DNA of 33,837 bases from Octopus sinensis (Eukaryota): the NCBI RefSeq assembly GCF_006345805.1, contig NW_021832077.1:1-33837 (forward strand). Reading direction: 5' to 3'. Shown piece after piece: positions 20,963 through 33,400 of this stretch (the stretch's first letter is position 1; every line of letters starts with the position of its first letter). A model generated the notes under the pieces. That model saw only the letters and a list, made by a program, of their open reading frames with translations, had not been told where the DNA came from and searched no databases. The position numbers and the translations under genes were made by a program.

Positions 20963-22715
20963 TCGTCATATCAGTGTTCCAGTCCTAATAATCAGTATTT
21001 CTTTTTAATTAAGAATTAATATATAGAGAGATTACATTATCCAATATGTTTCCTCTTTTTTAATGACTGTCGATCTTGAATAAACTTTGTCTTCTATTTT
21101 GGGCTCGAGAGTACCCGCATAGATATTCCCTCGCTGGCATCTTCAACAAGATGTCTGTACAACCAAACTTAACATGAAAAGGAAAAATAAATAAATTTAA
21201 AACTGGTATTTTTTTAAAACACATATCTAGAAAACTAGTTTGCCTCTCCATTAAGAAACATCTGGATAGAGTTAGCTAGGTTTGAGAAAATAAACAATAT
21301 TTTTACTTCCTCTTTTTTTTTTTTGCCTTTTCTTCCCCAACAATGGCTGTCTATGTTCAAGAGGAAACACTCTATCCAACAATCAGTTTATTTCTGTAAG
21401 AATTTTCGTTGATAATTGTTGATTTGTCTTTATTGGTGGACATCAATTACACTTAACCTACGTATTTTGACTACACATGTTTACATTCATGTTTGTAAGT
21501 GTTTTAACTAATAACATGTTAACAGTGTGTATCCCGAGGACCATGGATGACTTCGACTTCCGCTAAAAACAAAAGAAAAAGAAGCGCCACTCGCAGCCGA
21601 CCATCTGAGTTGTAAGACGCGTAAGCGGCCTCTCAAGAGTTCAGTTTGCTTTCGTTATGATACAAGTTTGTAGGAATCGATTACAAGTTCTACGTTATGT
21701 TTGGAGCAAGAAATGCGAAAAAACCAACCACACGTATTCTCTCTCTGATCAGTGAGACCCTGAAGTTAGTGGTTTAGTGTGGTGGTTAGGCACATTGGAT
21801 AAGGACTTCTTGCTTGGGGTACACCTTTTCATTTCGCTTCATATTTGTTGTGATGATTTGATCTTTTCTGTAGAACTTGTTGCTTTTGCCCAGCAAGGCT
21901 TATCGTCTTCCCATATGTTATTTTTCTGAATTTGCGTTTTGATATCGACCATAACCCATTTCAGTTATTTCTTTTGTGTCCCAAAGTACCGCATGCTATT
22001 TGAACACACTCATTTTACCGTTTTCTCGTTTTTTAAATCAATGTCGAATTTTTACATTAAATCCCAGAATATTTTCGTTTACATATCTGTAAACTTGTCA
22101 TACAATTATTTTAATTCGACTGTGTTTCTTACTATATATTTACCAACTCAAGGCACAGAGGAAACAGCATCATTTTTCGAACCTATTACATAACTGTAAA
22201 CTGCAACTTACTTCAAAGGAAATGAGATTTTAAGGATATTGCTGCTTTCTCATTCTACTGCCAATAGACCAATAAAGTCTTGCATTTTATTACAGAATTT
22301 CCTTTCTGAAATAACATCCATTTCAGACATCCGCTTCTATTCCGCTTCGCTTCTTTTTATTTGACAAATTCGGAGTCTGATGATATTTTGATAAACTATT
22401 TCGTTTAGGAGATTAGAAACAAGCAACCCCCCTCGGGGAATTCCTCCTTGCTACAATATAGTCCCCAATTATATTTCATTTGTTTTCATTTTCATGTGTT
22501 TCTGGATCTCCCCAACCCCCGCCTCGATTTGCCAAAAGACGAGGAATTATTCTCTGTATAGTAGTTCGACTTGTTACAAATAGCAGACAAAGACTCCTTA
22601 AATCACATTCTGTGTTTTCTAGGAGCCCCGCAAAACAGGACAGAATGGACAAAGTTGCTGTAAATATACTTAAAGACGGTTCTACCACGGTTGAAATTCT
22701 TTGTAGAGCAGACCA

Positions 22716-23127
22716 TAGGCGCAGGAGTGGCTGTGTGTTAACCAACCACATAGTTCCGGGTTCAGTCCCACTGCGTGGCATCTTGGACAAGTGTCTTCTG
22801 CTATAGCCCCGGGCCGACCAATACCTTGTAAGTGGATTTGGCAGACGGAAACTGAAAGAAGCCTGTCGTTTATATGTATATATATATAGATATATATATG
22901 TATGTGTGTGTGTGTTTGTGTGTCTGTGTTTGTCCCTCTGGCATTGCTTGACAACCGATGCTGGTGGGTTTACGTCCCCGTCACCTAGCGGTTTGGCAAA
23001 AGAGACCGATAGAATAAGTACTGGGCTTACAAAGAATAAGTCCCAGGGTCGATTTGCTCGACTAAAGGTGGTGCTCCAGCATGGCCGCAGTCAAATGACT
23101 GAAACAAGTAAAAGAGTAAAAGAGTAA
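22716..23127 (+). mobile_element. SINE family B, full-length reference copy
   Basis: Head gttccgggttcagtccc, CORE-like cttggacaagtgtcttc, internal (TA)n(TG)n, tail ending gactgaaacaagtaaaagagtaaaagagt. Confidence 0.85.
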
Positions 23128-23228
23128 CAACAGCAACAACATCAACAACAACATCAACAACAATAGCAGCAGCGGTCGCAGCAGCAGCAACTGTAGTAAC
23201 AACATTGAATACACAAGTATTGTTATCC

Positions 23229-23525
23229 TTTTACTTGCTTCAGTCATTGAACTGCGGTCATGCTGGAGCACCGTCTTGGAAGATTCAGTCGAACAAATCC
23301 ACTCTGGTACTAATTTTTAAAAACCTGGTACTTATTCTCGCTACACTTTTACCGAATCGCGATGTTACCGGAATTGGAACAAACCAACAATGGCTTGAAT
23401 AAAGAGACATACAGAATGAGTACCGAACTTAAATAAAGTATTTACTAGTCTCGATCAGTTCGTCTAATCCTTCAAGGCGGCGCCCCAGCTTGGCCGTAGT
23501 CCAATGACTGAAACAAGTAAAAGGA
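23229..23525. mobile_element. Two SINE-B tail fragments in opposite orientation (23229-23350 minus; 23410-23525 plus)
   Basis: ttttacttgcttcagtcatt and aatgactgaaacaagtaaaa termini. Confidence 0.7.
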
Positions 23526-23774
23526 ATATATGTACACGGAGAAGGAAAACAAGAAATAAACATGGAAATGCTTTTATCAGCCATGGGAACTAGAATCAGC
23601 AGAGTTTCGGCGAGTTTAAAATGCGAGGACTTTAAATTCCGTATTACTGCTCTGGTTGCGATAATGACATGTGATGGTAATACTGAATATCAGTGAGGCG
23701 ATGGAAGTACAAGGACTAAATGTAGCGGGTAGAGACAAACAACTGGAACGGAAAACAGCGGGTAGTTACGAGTA

Positions 23775-23813
<39 letters not shown>

Positions 23814-24189
23814 ACACACACACACACACACCACACACACATACACACACACAAACCCATTTTCTAGTATTTTTCTACATCGTCATTTGGTTATAGAGAT
23901 CTTATTGTCAGCGAACAATGGCGTATCAAAATTCACTGTAAAATACATATAACAGTAGTTTCGTAGTTTCAAACACGTGACGAGGGTATTTTTTGTTGCT
24001 ATTTGAGTGTAATATTATTTGCATGCAACATACTCTGAGCTTATTTCTGGGCAACATTTTAAAGTACTTCCGTTTAGTGAACTACTTACCACACTGTTCT
24101 AGTAAAATGACCTCTTAAAGGTCAGTGTGTTCGGACGGAAGAAAGTATTTGTTGTTGTGTTATGAAACGAAAGAGGAAATATTCAGTCT

Positions 24190-24223
<34 letters not shown>

Positions 24224-24227
<4 letters not shown>

Positions 24228-24370
24228 TGCATATATAATACACACAACACACATTTATATATGTATATATGCGCGTGTGCATCTGTCTAACTATATATAT
24301 ACATATACACATGGGTATTATCTGGCAGTTGATTATTGATTAAAGTGCATTCCTCCATTTTCTTATTTTG

Positions 24371-24417
<47 letters not shown>

Positions 24418-24594
24418 TATATATATAGACATGCATATATAATACACACAACACACATTTATATATGTATATATGCGCGTGTGCATCTGTCTAACTATAT
24501 ATATACATATACACATGGGTATTATCTGGCAGTTGATTATTGATTAAAGTGCATTCCTCCATTTTCTTATTTTGTATATGTATATGTATATATA
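24224..24594. repeat. Near-exact tandem duplication, period 204 bp, bounded by (TA)n
   Basis: gacatgcatatataatacacac...cattcctccattttcttattttgtatatg starts at both 24224 and 24428. Confidence 0.9.
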
Positions 24595-24729
24595 TATTAT
24601 ATATATATATATATTATATATATATATATATATACACGCAAACAGATATATATAGATACAAATATTTTTCCATACACACACGCAAATAGATACATACACA
24701 CACACATAAACATACACACACACACATAA

Positions 24730-24787
<58 letters not shown>

Positions 24788-24788
24788 C

Positions 24789-25010
24789 CTAGCAGATATA
24801 CCCGGCGTTGCCCGGTTACATTCAATTGAAGAATTAGACTTTTCTGTTATATTTTCTCTAATGAACTAGAATATCTATGTTTCGAATTTCATCAAAATTG
24901 CAGATGAGGGTTATTTCCCTCTTTACACACCCTAAAAAAATTGTAATCGTGCCACATATATCCCATACTACTGATTTTTATGTGCATATTCCTAAATTCC
25001 AGTCTCATCG
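24789..25010 (-). mobile_element. Helitron-like 3' end fragment
   Basis: Minus strand ccgggcaacgccggg hairpin (24815-24801), then CTAG (24792-24789); nearly the same terminus as 11874-11901. The 5' extent is unknown. Confidence 0.6.
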
Positions 25011-25364
25011 AACCCGTTAAAAAGATTTTGCTCCTGAAAAATGAAGGTCATGGAGCTCTAAAATGTGAGAGTTAAGGCCCCTGTTGGGGGTGGGCATCTT
25101 AATGTCAACCAGAGAAGTTGAATTGTTGAGAATCTTTTTAACTTGGGTCTTATATCTATTGTTTGAATTTCTTTGAAATAGGAAATATATGTTCACTGGG
25201 TTTGTAAAAGAGGGCAAAGCTACAGTAAACCAAAAGACGAATGATTACAATAAGCAGTTAGCTACCCTACCCTAGTCGTTACCACTCCCAATGTAGGATT
25301 CCTCACCATCCAGGTGACAGCCACAGCCGTAAGAGTGATTCTTCTACACGAAGAACCCTGAAAG

Positions 25365-26951
25365 GCAAGAAATAAAACCCAACTGACTGCCAGACCTGTA
25401 CAGATAGGTATTGACCGGAAACCTGTCAGAGTATCCAGTCAGCTGCTGACAGTGGCGACACCCGTGGGATGTATGCCGGTTTGAAGAAGGCCCTCGGTCC
25501 ATCCGCAACCAAGTCAGCCCCTTTGAAATCAACTACGGGAGATCTCATCAAGGACCAAAGCAAGCAAATGGATAGATGGGTGGAGTACTACCAGCATCTG
25601 TATTCACGGGGGACCACGGTAGCTGAGGCTGCAATCGAGGGTGTCAAGATCTTGCCAGTCATGTGTGAAGTTGACAGTCTGCCATCTATAGCAGAGCTCA
25701 CCAATGCTATTGACTCCCTAGCAAGTAACAAGTCTCAGGGAAAAGACGACATCCCATTAGAGATCATCAAAACCGGCAAAAACACTATCCTGCTTCGACA
25801 CATTCATAAGCTTCTGTGTCAGTGCTGGGAAAAGGGTACAGTCCCTCAGGATATGCGGGATGCTAACATCATTACGCTTTACAAAAACAAAGGTGACCGT
25901 GGTGATTGTAACAATTACCGTGGAATATCTCTTCTAAGCACTGTTGGAAAAGCCTTTGCTCGCGTTAACCTGTCCAGGCTGCAACTGCTTGCTTCTCGAA
26001 TTTATCCAGAATCGCAGTGTGGCTTTAGAAAAAGCAGATCAACTATTGACATGATATTCTTCTTACTTCGGGAGAAGTCCAGAGAGCAGAAAATACCATT
26101 ATATATGGCCTTCATTGATCTGACAGAGGCCTTTGACTTGGTAAGTAGAAAAGACCTCTTCATCCTGCTCCAAAAAATTGGATGTCCACCAAAGCTGCTG
26201 AGGATCATCAAATCTTTCCATGATGATATGCAAGGTACCATACAGCACAATGGTTCAACATCAGCCGCCTTCCAAATAAAAAATAGGGTAAAGCAAGGCT
26301 GTGTCCTTGCTCCTACATTACTTGGCATCTTCTCGCTGCTGCTGTCACATGCCTTTGTGACATCAGATGGTGGAGTGTTTCTGCACAGTAGAAGGGATGG
26401 GAAACTGTTCAATCTCTCGCGTCTGCGTGCCAAGACCAAAATCAGAAGCGTCCTGATCAAGGAGATGCTATTTGCTGATGATGCCGCTCTGGTATCACAC
26501 ACAAAAGAAGCCCTACAAAGGCTCATAAACTGTTTTGAGCAAGCATGTGGAAACTTTGGCTTAGTTATCTGCTTCTAGAAGACCAACATCATGGGTCAGG
26601 CTACATCGACCATCCCAAACATACATATTGGAGACCACAGATTACAAGAGGTGAAGAAGTTTACCTATCTTGGCACTACCGTCACCTACAACCTATCCCC
26701 TGATACTGAGCTCAATATACGCATTGGTAAGGCAGCTGCTGTGATGGCTAAACTCTCCAAACGGGCATGGGACAACAATAAGCTGACCAAGACCACAAAA
26801 ATGAAGATTTACCAGGCATGTGTACTTAGCACTCTACTGTATGGAAGTGAGACTTGGACGCCATACACACGCCAAGAGCGTCGCCTAAATATCTTTCACC
26901 AGCGCTGCCTCCGGAAAATCCTTGGCATCAAATGGCAGAATCATGTCCCCA
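25365..26951 (+). mobile_element. RTE (BovB-like) LINE ORF2 fragment with a nearly complete RT domain; pseudogenised
   Basis: YKNKGDRGDCNNYRGISLLS, PESQCGFR, FIDLTEAFD, KQGCVLAP, LFADD, FTYLG, LLYGSETW. In-frame TAG at 26576-26578. No APE domain. Cut at KWQNHVPN by (TA)n. Confidence 0.93.
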
Positions 26952-26986
26952 ATATATATATATGTATGTATATATATATATGTATT

Positions 26987-27043
26987 TCTCTTATTCTCTT
27001 ACTTGTTTCAGTCGTTTGACTGAGGCCATGCTGGAGCACCGCC
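26987..27043 (-). mobile_element. SINE family B terminal tail fragment
   Basis: cttacttgtttcagtcgtttgactgaggccatgctggagcaccgcc. Confidence 0.7.
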
Positions 27044-27050
27044 TATATAT

Positions 27051-27100
<50 letters not shown>

Positions 27101-28017
27101 AATATATGTATATATATATATATACACACACACATACACATACTCACGCACACATTCTTACACACGAATAGCTTGGTTATGGTTAATCCATTTTAACGGA
27201 AGTTTGATATTACAAACGATTCTCACAAACAATTCAAGGAATTTTCTCTCTTTTATATTCAAAACACTCGAATAAAAGTTGAATAGAATTCCTCTTCAGA
27301 ATAGATTTAAACAACAACAACAACAACAATAACAACAACGAAACCAGCAGAATAAACCCCCGAGTTGACCTTGAAGTTGTTATATTTTTCGAACAAGTAC
27401 ATACTCAGATCAGATCGTATTATTCTCCATCTCCGTATTTTCCCCTATTAAGTTTCTGTAATCTTTTAAAACGATCTATAACATGTCCACAAAAGCCTGT
27501 TTCTTATTCGAGATTTTATCTGTCACTAGCATCTTATGTACGGCTTGCTCCATCTCAATTACGCTTCTTCAGTAGCTTAGCTAATTAGTTTAATACAGTT
27601 TTCCAGTCTAATGAACAAGAGATAAAGATGTCCTAGTATTAGATTTCAATTATTTGCTTTCAAACTCCCAAACGCTAATAAAATATAAACACCAATTATG
27701 GAGCTTCTACGAGGTCGTAGACCACGCTTGCTAGAAAACGCAGCTAGATCTCCCTCAAACACACTGGATAATGCAGTCCCACATATGCTTTTTACCTTTT
27801 CTTGTTTCAATCATTGGATTGCGGCAATGCTGAGGTGCTACTTTGAAGGGTTTGTCCAGTGACGGTAGACATGGGGTTAAAGGGACAAGTAAACACACGA
27901 ACCAATTTCTTATCATATCTCTTGTCTTGGAATCACACCATCTGTCGAAGACTGTTTAGAAAGTATTCCTTCGCTAATTGATCTGGAATGTTCCAGTGTA
28001 GAAACCAATTTTAATTT

Positions 28018-28733
28018 TTTGCTTGTTTCAGTCATTATACTGCGGCCACGCTGGGGCACTGTCTTAAAGGCTTTAGTCGAAAAAATCGACTCTAGTAATT
28101 ATTCTAGTAATTAAGTCTGGTGGTTATTCCGTCTGTTTTTTTTACCGAAACGCAAGGCTAGAGGGATGTAAACACACCGACGCCGGTTGTCAAGCAGTGG
28201 TGGGAAACAAACGCAAACACAAAGATATACATGCATATACACTCACCTACCTACCTACCTACCTATCTACCTACCTACCTACTTACCTGCCTACCTACCT
28301 ACCTACCTACCTACCCAAGGGAGGGAGGCCTGAGGGGCACGTGCCTCCTCCCTCAAGAAATGAAGTGCACCCTTCTAAATAATGCTATTAAGCCCTTTTC
28401 TCCCGGAATTGTATTCCCTTCTGACCTTGTGCCCCCGCTTCGAAAAATTCCTGGGACCGGCCCCACTACCTACCTACCTACCTACCTACCTACATACATA
28501 CATACATACATACATACATACATAAATATATGTATGTGTGTGTGTATGCACACACACACACACGCACACACGCGTATATGACGGTCTTCCACACAGGTTC
28601 CATCTACCAAATCTATTCATAAGGCACTGGTCGTTCCAGAGCAACTGTAGAAGTCATCCAAGGTGGTGCGCAGTGGAATTGAACCTAGAACCACATGGTT
28701 GCAAAGCGAGCTTCTTCAGTACACAGCCATATA
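28018..28733 (-). mobile_element. SINE family B with an expanded internal (CCTA)n/(CATA)n carrying a 150-bp GC-rich insert
   Basis: Tail 28018-28230, microsatellite, insert 28316-28464, head 28575-28733. Confidence 0.75.
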
Positions 28734-28958
28734 ATGAATGTGAAATAAAGTGAACTAAACTGGGAGCTTCCAAGCGGTTGCTTGATATACTAGAAATAAC
28801 AGCCACATCGCCCGCAAATCAGCTCTTGTTTATTGTGTTAGAAAGGAAGGACACGTTACGCAATGCACTCCAGCATTTTACAGAACACGAGCGACGCCAA
28901 ACGACGAAACATTCGCCAATTTCACAATGTTGCATCACCACTTCCAGCAGTAAACTCG

Positions 28959-28959
<1 letters not shown>

Positions 28960-29027
<68 letters not shown>

Positions 29028-29056
29028 GCTACTATTACTACTACTGCTGCTACTAT

Positions 29057-29104
<48 letters not shown>
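28960..29104. repeat. (TAC)n microsatellite
   Basis: Direct trimers; source of the poly-Y/T/S ORFs. Confidence 0.95.
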
Positions 29105-29338
29105 CTATTTCTTTACTACCCACAAGGGGCGAAACATAGAGAGGACAAGCAAGGACATACAAACGGATTAAGCCGATTATATCGACCCCAGTATGCAACT
29201 GGTACTTAATTTATCGACCCCGAAAGGATGAAAGGTAAAGTCGACCTCGGCGGAATTTGAACTCAGAGCATAAAGACAAACGAAATACGGCTTCGCATTT
29301 CGCCCGGCGTGCTAACGTTTCTGCCAGCTCGCCGCCTT
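29105..29338 (-). mobile_element. SINE family A monomer whose tail runs into (GTA)n
   Basis: ctatttctttactacccacaagggg ... ctgccagctcgccgcctt. Confidence 0.85.
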
Positions 29339-29657
29339 TCTGCTACTACCACCACCACCACCACCACCAGCATGACTACTTTGCATATAGTGTGTGTGTA
29401 ATGTGTAATGTGTGTGTGTAATGTGTAATGTGTGTGTGTGTGCGCGCGCAAGTTGTACCTATATTTACATGGTTGTGGATGAACTGTTAAAGCCATTTCC
29501 ATTTATAGAATATTTAATAAACATAGATTTAGCCTCGTTTTAGAATCAGACCCTCTCGTCGTTAAAAGTGCAGACAGCATTCTAGAACAAACCGAAGAGC
29601 GACTAGAACCAATTTCTCTTGGCCATTATCTGTCCATCTACCTGTCGATCGATCTAT

Positions 29658-29706
<49 letters not shown>

Positions 29707-29707
<1 letters not shown>

Positions 29708-29821
29708 CTTTTGCCGAACCGCTAAGTTACAGGGAAGTAAACACACCACCATCGGTTGTCAAGCGATGTTGGGGGGACAAACACAGACACACATACATAC
29801 ATACATACATACATACTACAC

Positions 29822-29894
<73 letters not shown>

Positions 29895-30080
29895 AATATA
29901 TATATATAATATATATATATATTATATATAATATATATACGACGAGCTTCCTTCAGTTTCCGTCTACCAAATCCACTCACAAGGCCTTTGTCGGCGCAAG
30001 GCTATAGTAAAAGACACTTGCCCAAGGTGCCACGCAGAGGGAATGAACCCGGAACCATGTGATTCGTAAGCAAGCTACTT
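29707..30080 (-). mobile_element. SINE family B, tail truncated by (TATC)n
   Basis: tttgccgaaccgctaagttac, ggacaaacacagacac, internal microsatellite, gacacttgcccaaggtgccacgcag. Confidence 0.85.
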
Positions 30081-30492
30081 TATTTCCTAAAAATTTGCCA
30101 TAAAGCATTACAAAGAGTAGCTGCGGGCTGGACATATACATTGATGAGGTGAATGATGAAATAAAGATGGTATTGATGAGAGAAGGCAAAAAACGCCCAC
30201 CGATTTTCTTCTTCTATAAAACATTGTTCTTTTTTTTTTTAACAGAATAAACAAAGCGAGGTATTGAACCTCTCACAACGGTTTTTACAGTTTTTGGACT
30301 TAATAGTCCATTACACATATTAACATGCAAAAATATTCAATATACAATCAACACTTGTCCATTTACACATGAGGCGCTGGGCCTCTTACACTTTATAACA
30401 CTGAGGCTTTTCAACCTCTTGTCAATTTTCCACCTCAACGAGGTATTGAACATCTTACTACAGTCCTTACAATTACTGAACTTAATAGTCAA

Positions 30493-30925
30493 TATTTTAT
30501 CGATCTCGATTGGCGAACCGCTAAGTCATTTTATCAATTTCCTTTGCTGAACCGCCAGGTAAATTTTATCGATCATATTTGGCGAACCGCAAGGTTATTT
30601 TAACGATCACGTTTGACGAACTAAGTTATTTTATAGCTCACAATTGGCGAACTGCTAGGTTATTTTATCGATCCCTTTGGCGAACCGCTAAGTTATTTTA
30701 TCGATCTCGATTGGCGAACCGCTAAGTCATTTTATCGATCTCCTTTGCTGAACCGCTAGATAAGTTTTATCGATCACGTTTGGCGAACCGCTAAGTTATT
30801 TTATCGATTTCCTTTGCCGAACCGCTATGTTATTTTTTCGACCTCGATTGGCGAACCGTTAAGTCATTTTATCGATCTCCATTGGCGAATCGCTATGTTA
30901 TTTTATCGATCATGATTGGCGAACC
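30493..30925. repeat. 34-bp minisatellite, about 13 units, derived from the SINE-B tail
   Basis: Unit ttattttatcgatctc(g/c)(a/t)ttggcgaaccgctaag; unit starts are spaced 33-35 bp apart. Confidence 0.9.
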
Positions 30926-30972
30926 AACGGAAAAAGCCTCAAGGGGACAGGTACGTAAAATTGTTTGGTAAG

Positions 30973-30986
30973 TTTGGGAACCACTG
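30973..30986. mobile_element. Orphan hAT-like right terminal inverted repeat
   Basis: tttgggaaccactg is the reverse complement of CAGTGGTTCCCAAA, similar to the TIRs at 6229/7138. I found no partner TIR. Confidence 0.4.
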
Positions 30987-31002
30987 CTGTACATACATAT
31001 GT

Positions 31003-31046
<44 letters not shown>

Positions 31047-31286
31047 TATATATATATATATATTATTATATATATATATATATATATTGAAAGGTACGAT
31101 GAATAAACGCTCCAGTCGGTGAAAACAACTTTATATCGTCTCAAATTATCATAAATCGAATAGAAATATATATAAAAACAACAGGGCACCCAATGGTAAA
31201 ACACAACACTATAAAATATACACATAATACACGAATAAAAGATGATAACATATGGATGGATATATATGTGTGTGTGTGTGTGTGTA

Positions 31287-31326
<40 letters not shown>

Positions 31327-31336
31327 TTGCATGTGT

Positions 31337-31540
31337 GTGTCTGTGTTTCTTTGTGTCTTTGTCCCCTACCACCGCTTGGCAACCAACGTTGAGTGAGTTC
31401 ACGTCCCTGTAACTTAGTCTTGTTCTCATTCTATCGAAAGAAATAAGTACTGGGCTCGATTCGTTCGATGAAAATTCCCAAGGCAGTGCCCCAGCATGGC
31501 CGCAATCCAAATGGTTAATGCAAATTAAAGGCGATAGAAA
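31337..31540 (+). mobile_element. SINE family B tail after (TG)n
   Basis: tttgtcccctaccaccgcttg...gcagtgccccagcatggccgca. Confidence 0.7.
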
Positions 31541-31742
31541 GCTATGCCGGGCACACAGCACAAAACGTCTCCAATGATATGCAACCGGTCAATGCTCCGA
31601 CCGTCAAATCAACACTGCGGCGCCGTGAGCTGCAGTTGCGATTCCTCCGTTTCTATGGCACGCTCCTTACAAAGATTGACCTTGCATCATGGAATGATTA
31701 GTTTGTCAATCGATAGAGTTGATTGATTCACCGTCAAATATA

Positions 31743-31780
<38 letters not shown>

Positions 31781-31914
31781 ATGCTGTGAAATACATTACG
31801 CATGGGTTTTTCGTTGTCATTCTTCCTTAGTATAGGAGTGTGTGTGGGGGGTTCTTTGTCTCCCTCCCTCCCTCCCTCTTTATCTGTCTTTCTCTGTCTT
31901 TTTCTGTCTTTCTG

Positions 31915-31950
<36 letters not shown>

Positions 31951-32020
31951 ATTCAGTGCCTGTAGGCTTACGTATTTATGGGAGTGCGTGTCGGTATGTG
32001 TGTGTGTGGTGTGTGTGTGT

Positions 32021-32085
<65 letters not shown>

Positions 32086-32886
32086 CGTGTGTGTAGTGTA
32101 TGCGTATGAAGGTTTAAAAATCCCTTGCTTCATAGATTAAATTTCATAGCATCTCCCTGCAACACTCCTCCATACATTCACACACACAATTCAGAGCTAA
32201 GATTTGTTTATACATAACATTACTGAACGGCATAGAATCATAAATAATAATTCGAGAGCCAATATAGAGGATTACAAAAATGGTGAGCCTATAGAGGATT
32301 ACTCCACTCACTAGAAATAGCAGCTGGATTCTTTGGCTACACTCCGTCCCATTAAAAAAAAGAGTGCTCGATACATTATACCTGAAGAAGGAAGCCATAT
32401 CATCACGGACGTAACCCCTTTGGTCATAGAGCCACGCTACAATAACAACAATCATGTTTTGCCTATGGACCCCTACGATTCCTGTTTTGCTCAGTTGGAC
32501 CCACATAAACCATTCGATGTATATTTAAAAAATCCCACTGTGTTTTTATGATTAAATATTATTTGGAGTTATATAACATGAATTGAATTATTTTGCGCAC
32601 TGTCGGAGTATATTCAATTTCCTGTAGATAAAGTTTAATAGCAAAATCTTGTATGAATCCCCAAGGGTCATGTGGGCCCTGGTTGAAAGTTATGTATCTA
32701 TGGCTATGTAAGTATGGATGGATGTTTGTATGTATGTATGGATGGATGGATGGATGTTTGTATGTGTGTGCATATTATTATTCAATTTTATTTCTCAATT
32801 TCTCGCCAATAGAAAAAGAACTGGTTTCTGACCCAATTCCATGGTTCCTTCATTGGAACTTTAAACAACATCAACAAAGTACTTGT

Positions 32887-33152
32887 GCATATGGGCATGG
32901 GCGACCAGCAGTCACCCATGCATACCGGTCTCCCCTCTCCCCGCCACCAGTGTTATCCAAGGAAAAGGCAAAAGGGGCCGATACAGCTTGGCACCTGTGA
33001 CGTTGCAACTCATTTCTACAGCTGAGTGAACTGGAGCAACGTGAAATAAAGTGTCTTGCTCAAGAACACAACATGCAGCCCGGTCCGGGATTCAAACTCA
33101 CAACCTCACGATCGTAAGCTCGTCGCTCTAACCACTGAGCCATGCGCCTTCA
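32887..33152 (-). mobile_element. tRNA(Arg)-like SINE, family C variant
   Basis: Reverse complement: gtgaaggcgcatggctcagtggttagagcg...cttacgatc...gagtttgaatccc...tgttcttgagcaagacactttatttcac. Confidence 0.85.
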
Positions 33153-33189
33153 CATATATATGTATATGTGTTTTATATTTATATATATA

Positions 33190-33220
<31 letters not shown>

Positions 33221-33272
33221 ATATTATATATATATAATATTATATATATATTATTAATATATATATATAATA

Positions 33273-33364
<92 letters not shown>

Positions 33365-33400
33365 ATATAATATATACGTATATGCATAGATGTATACATA
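33153..33400. repeat. (TA)n compound microsatellite
   Basis: Direct dinucleotide repeats. Confidence 0.95.

Noticed and set aside
22607-22665. Possible micro-exon (ttttctag|gagccc…ttgct|gtaaat)
   Set aside because: Weak donor, no recognisable peptide, and no partner exons in the window.
26002-26526. 174-aa minus-strand ORF
   Set aside because: Antisense shadow of the RTE reverse transcriptase.
30493-30925. CRISPR-like appearance of the 34-bp repeats
   Set aside because: Units are contiguous with no unique spacers, there are no cas genes, and the context is eukaryotic.
31540-31730. GC-richer stretch with a ~50-codon open frame (…VKSTLRRRELQLRFLRFYG…)
   Set aside because: No recognisable domain or clear splice sites; the length is within chance expectation.
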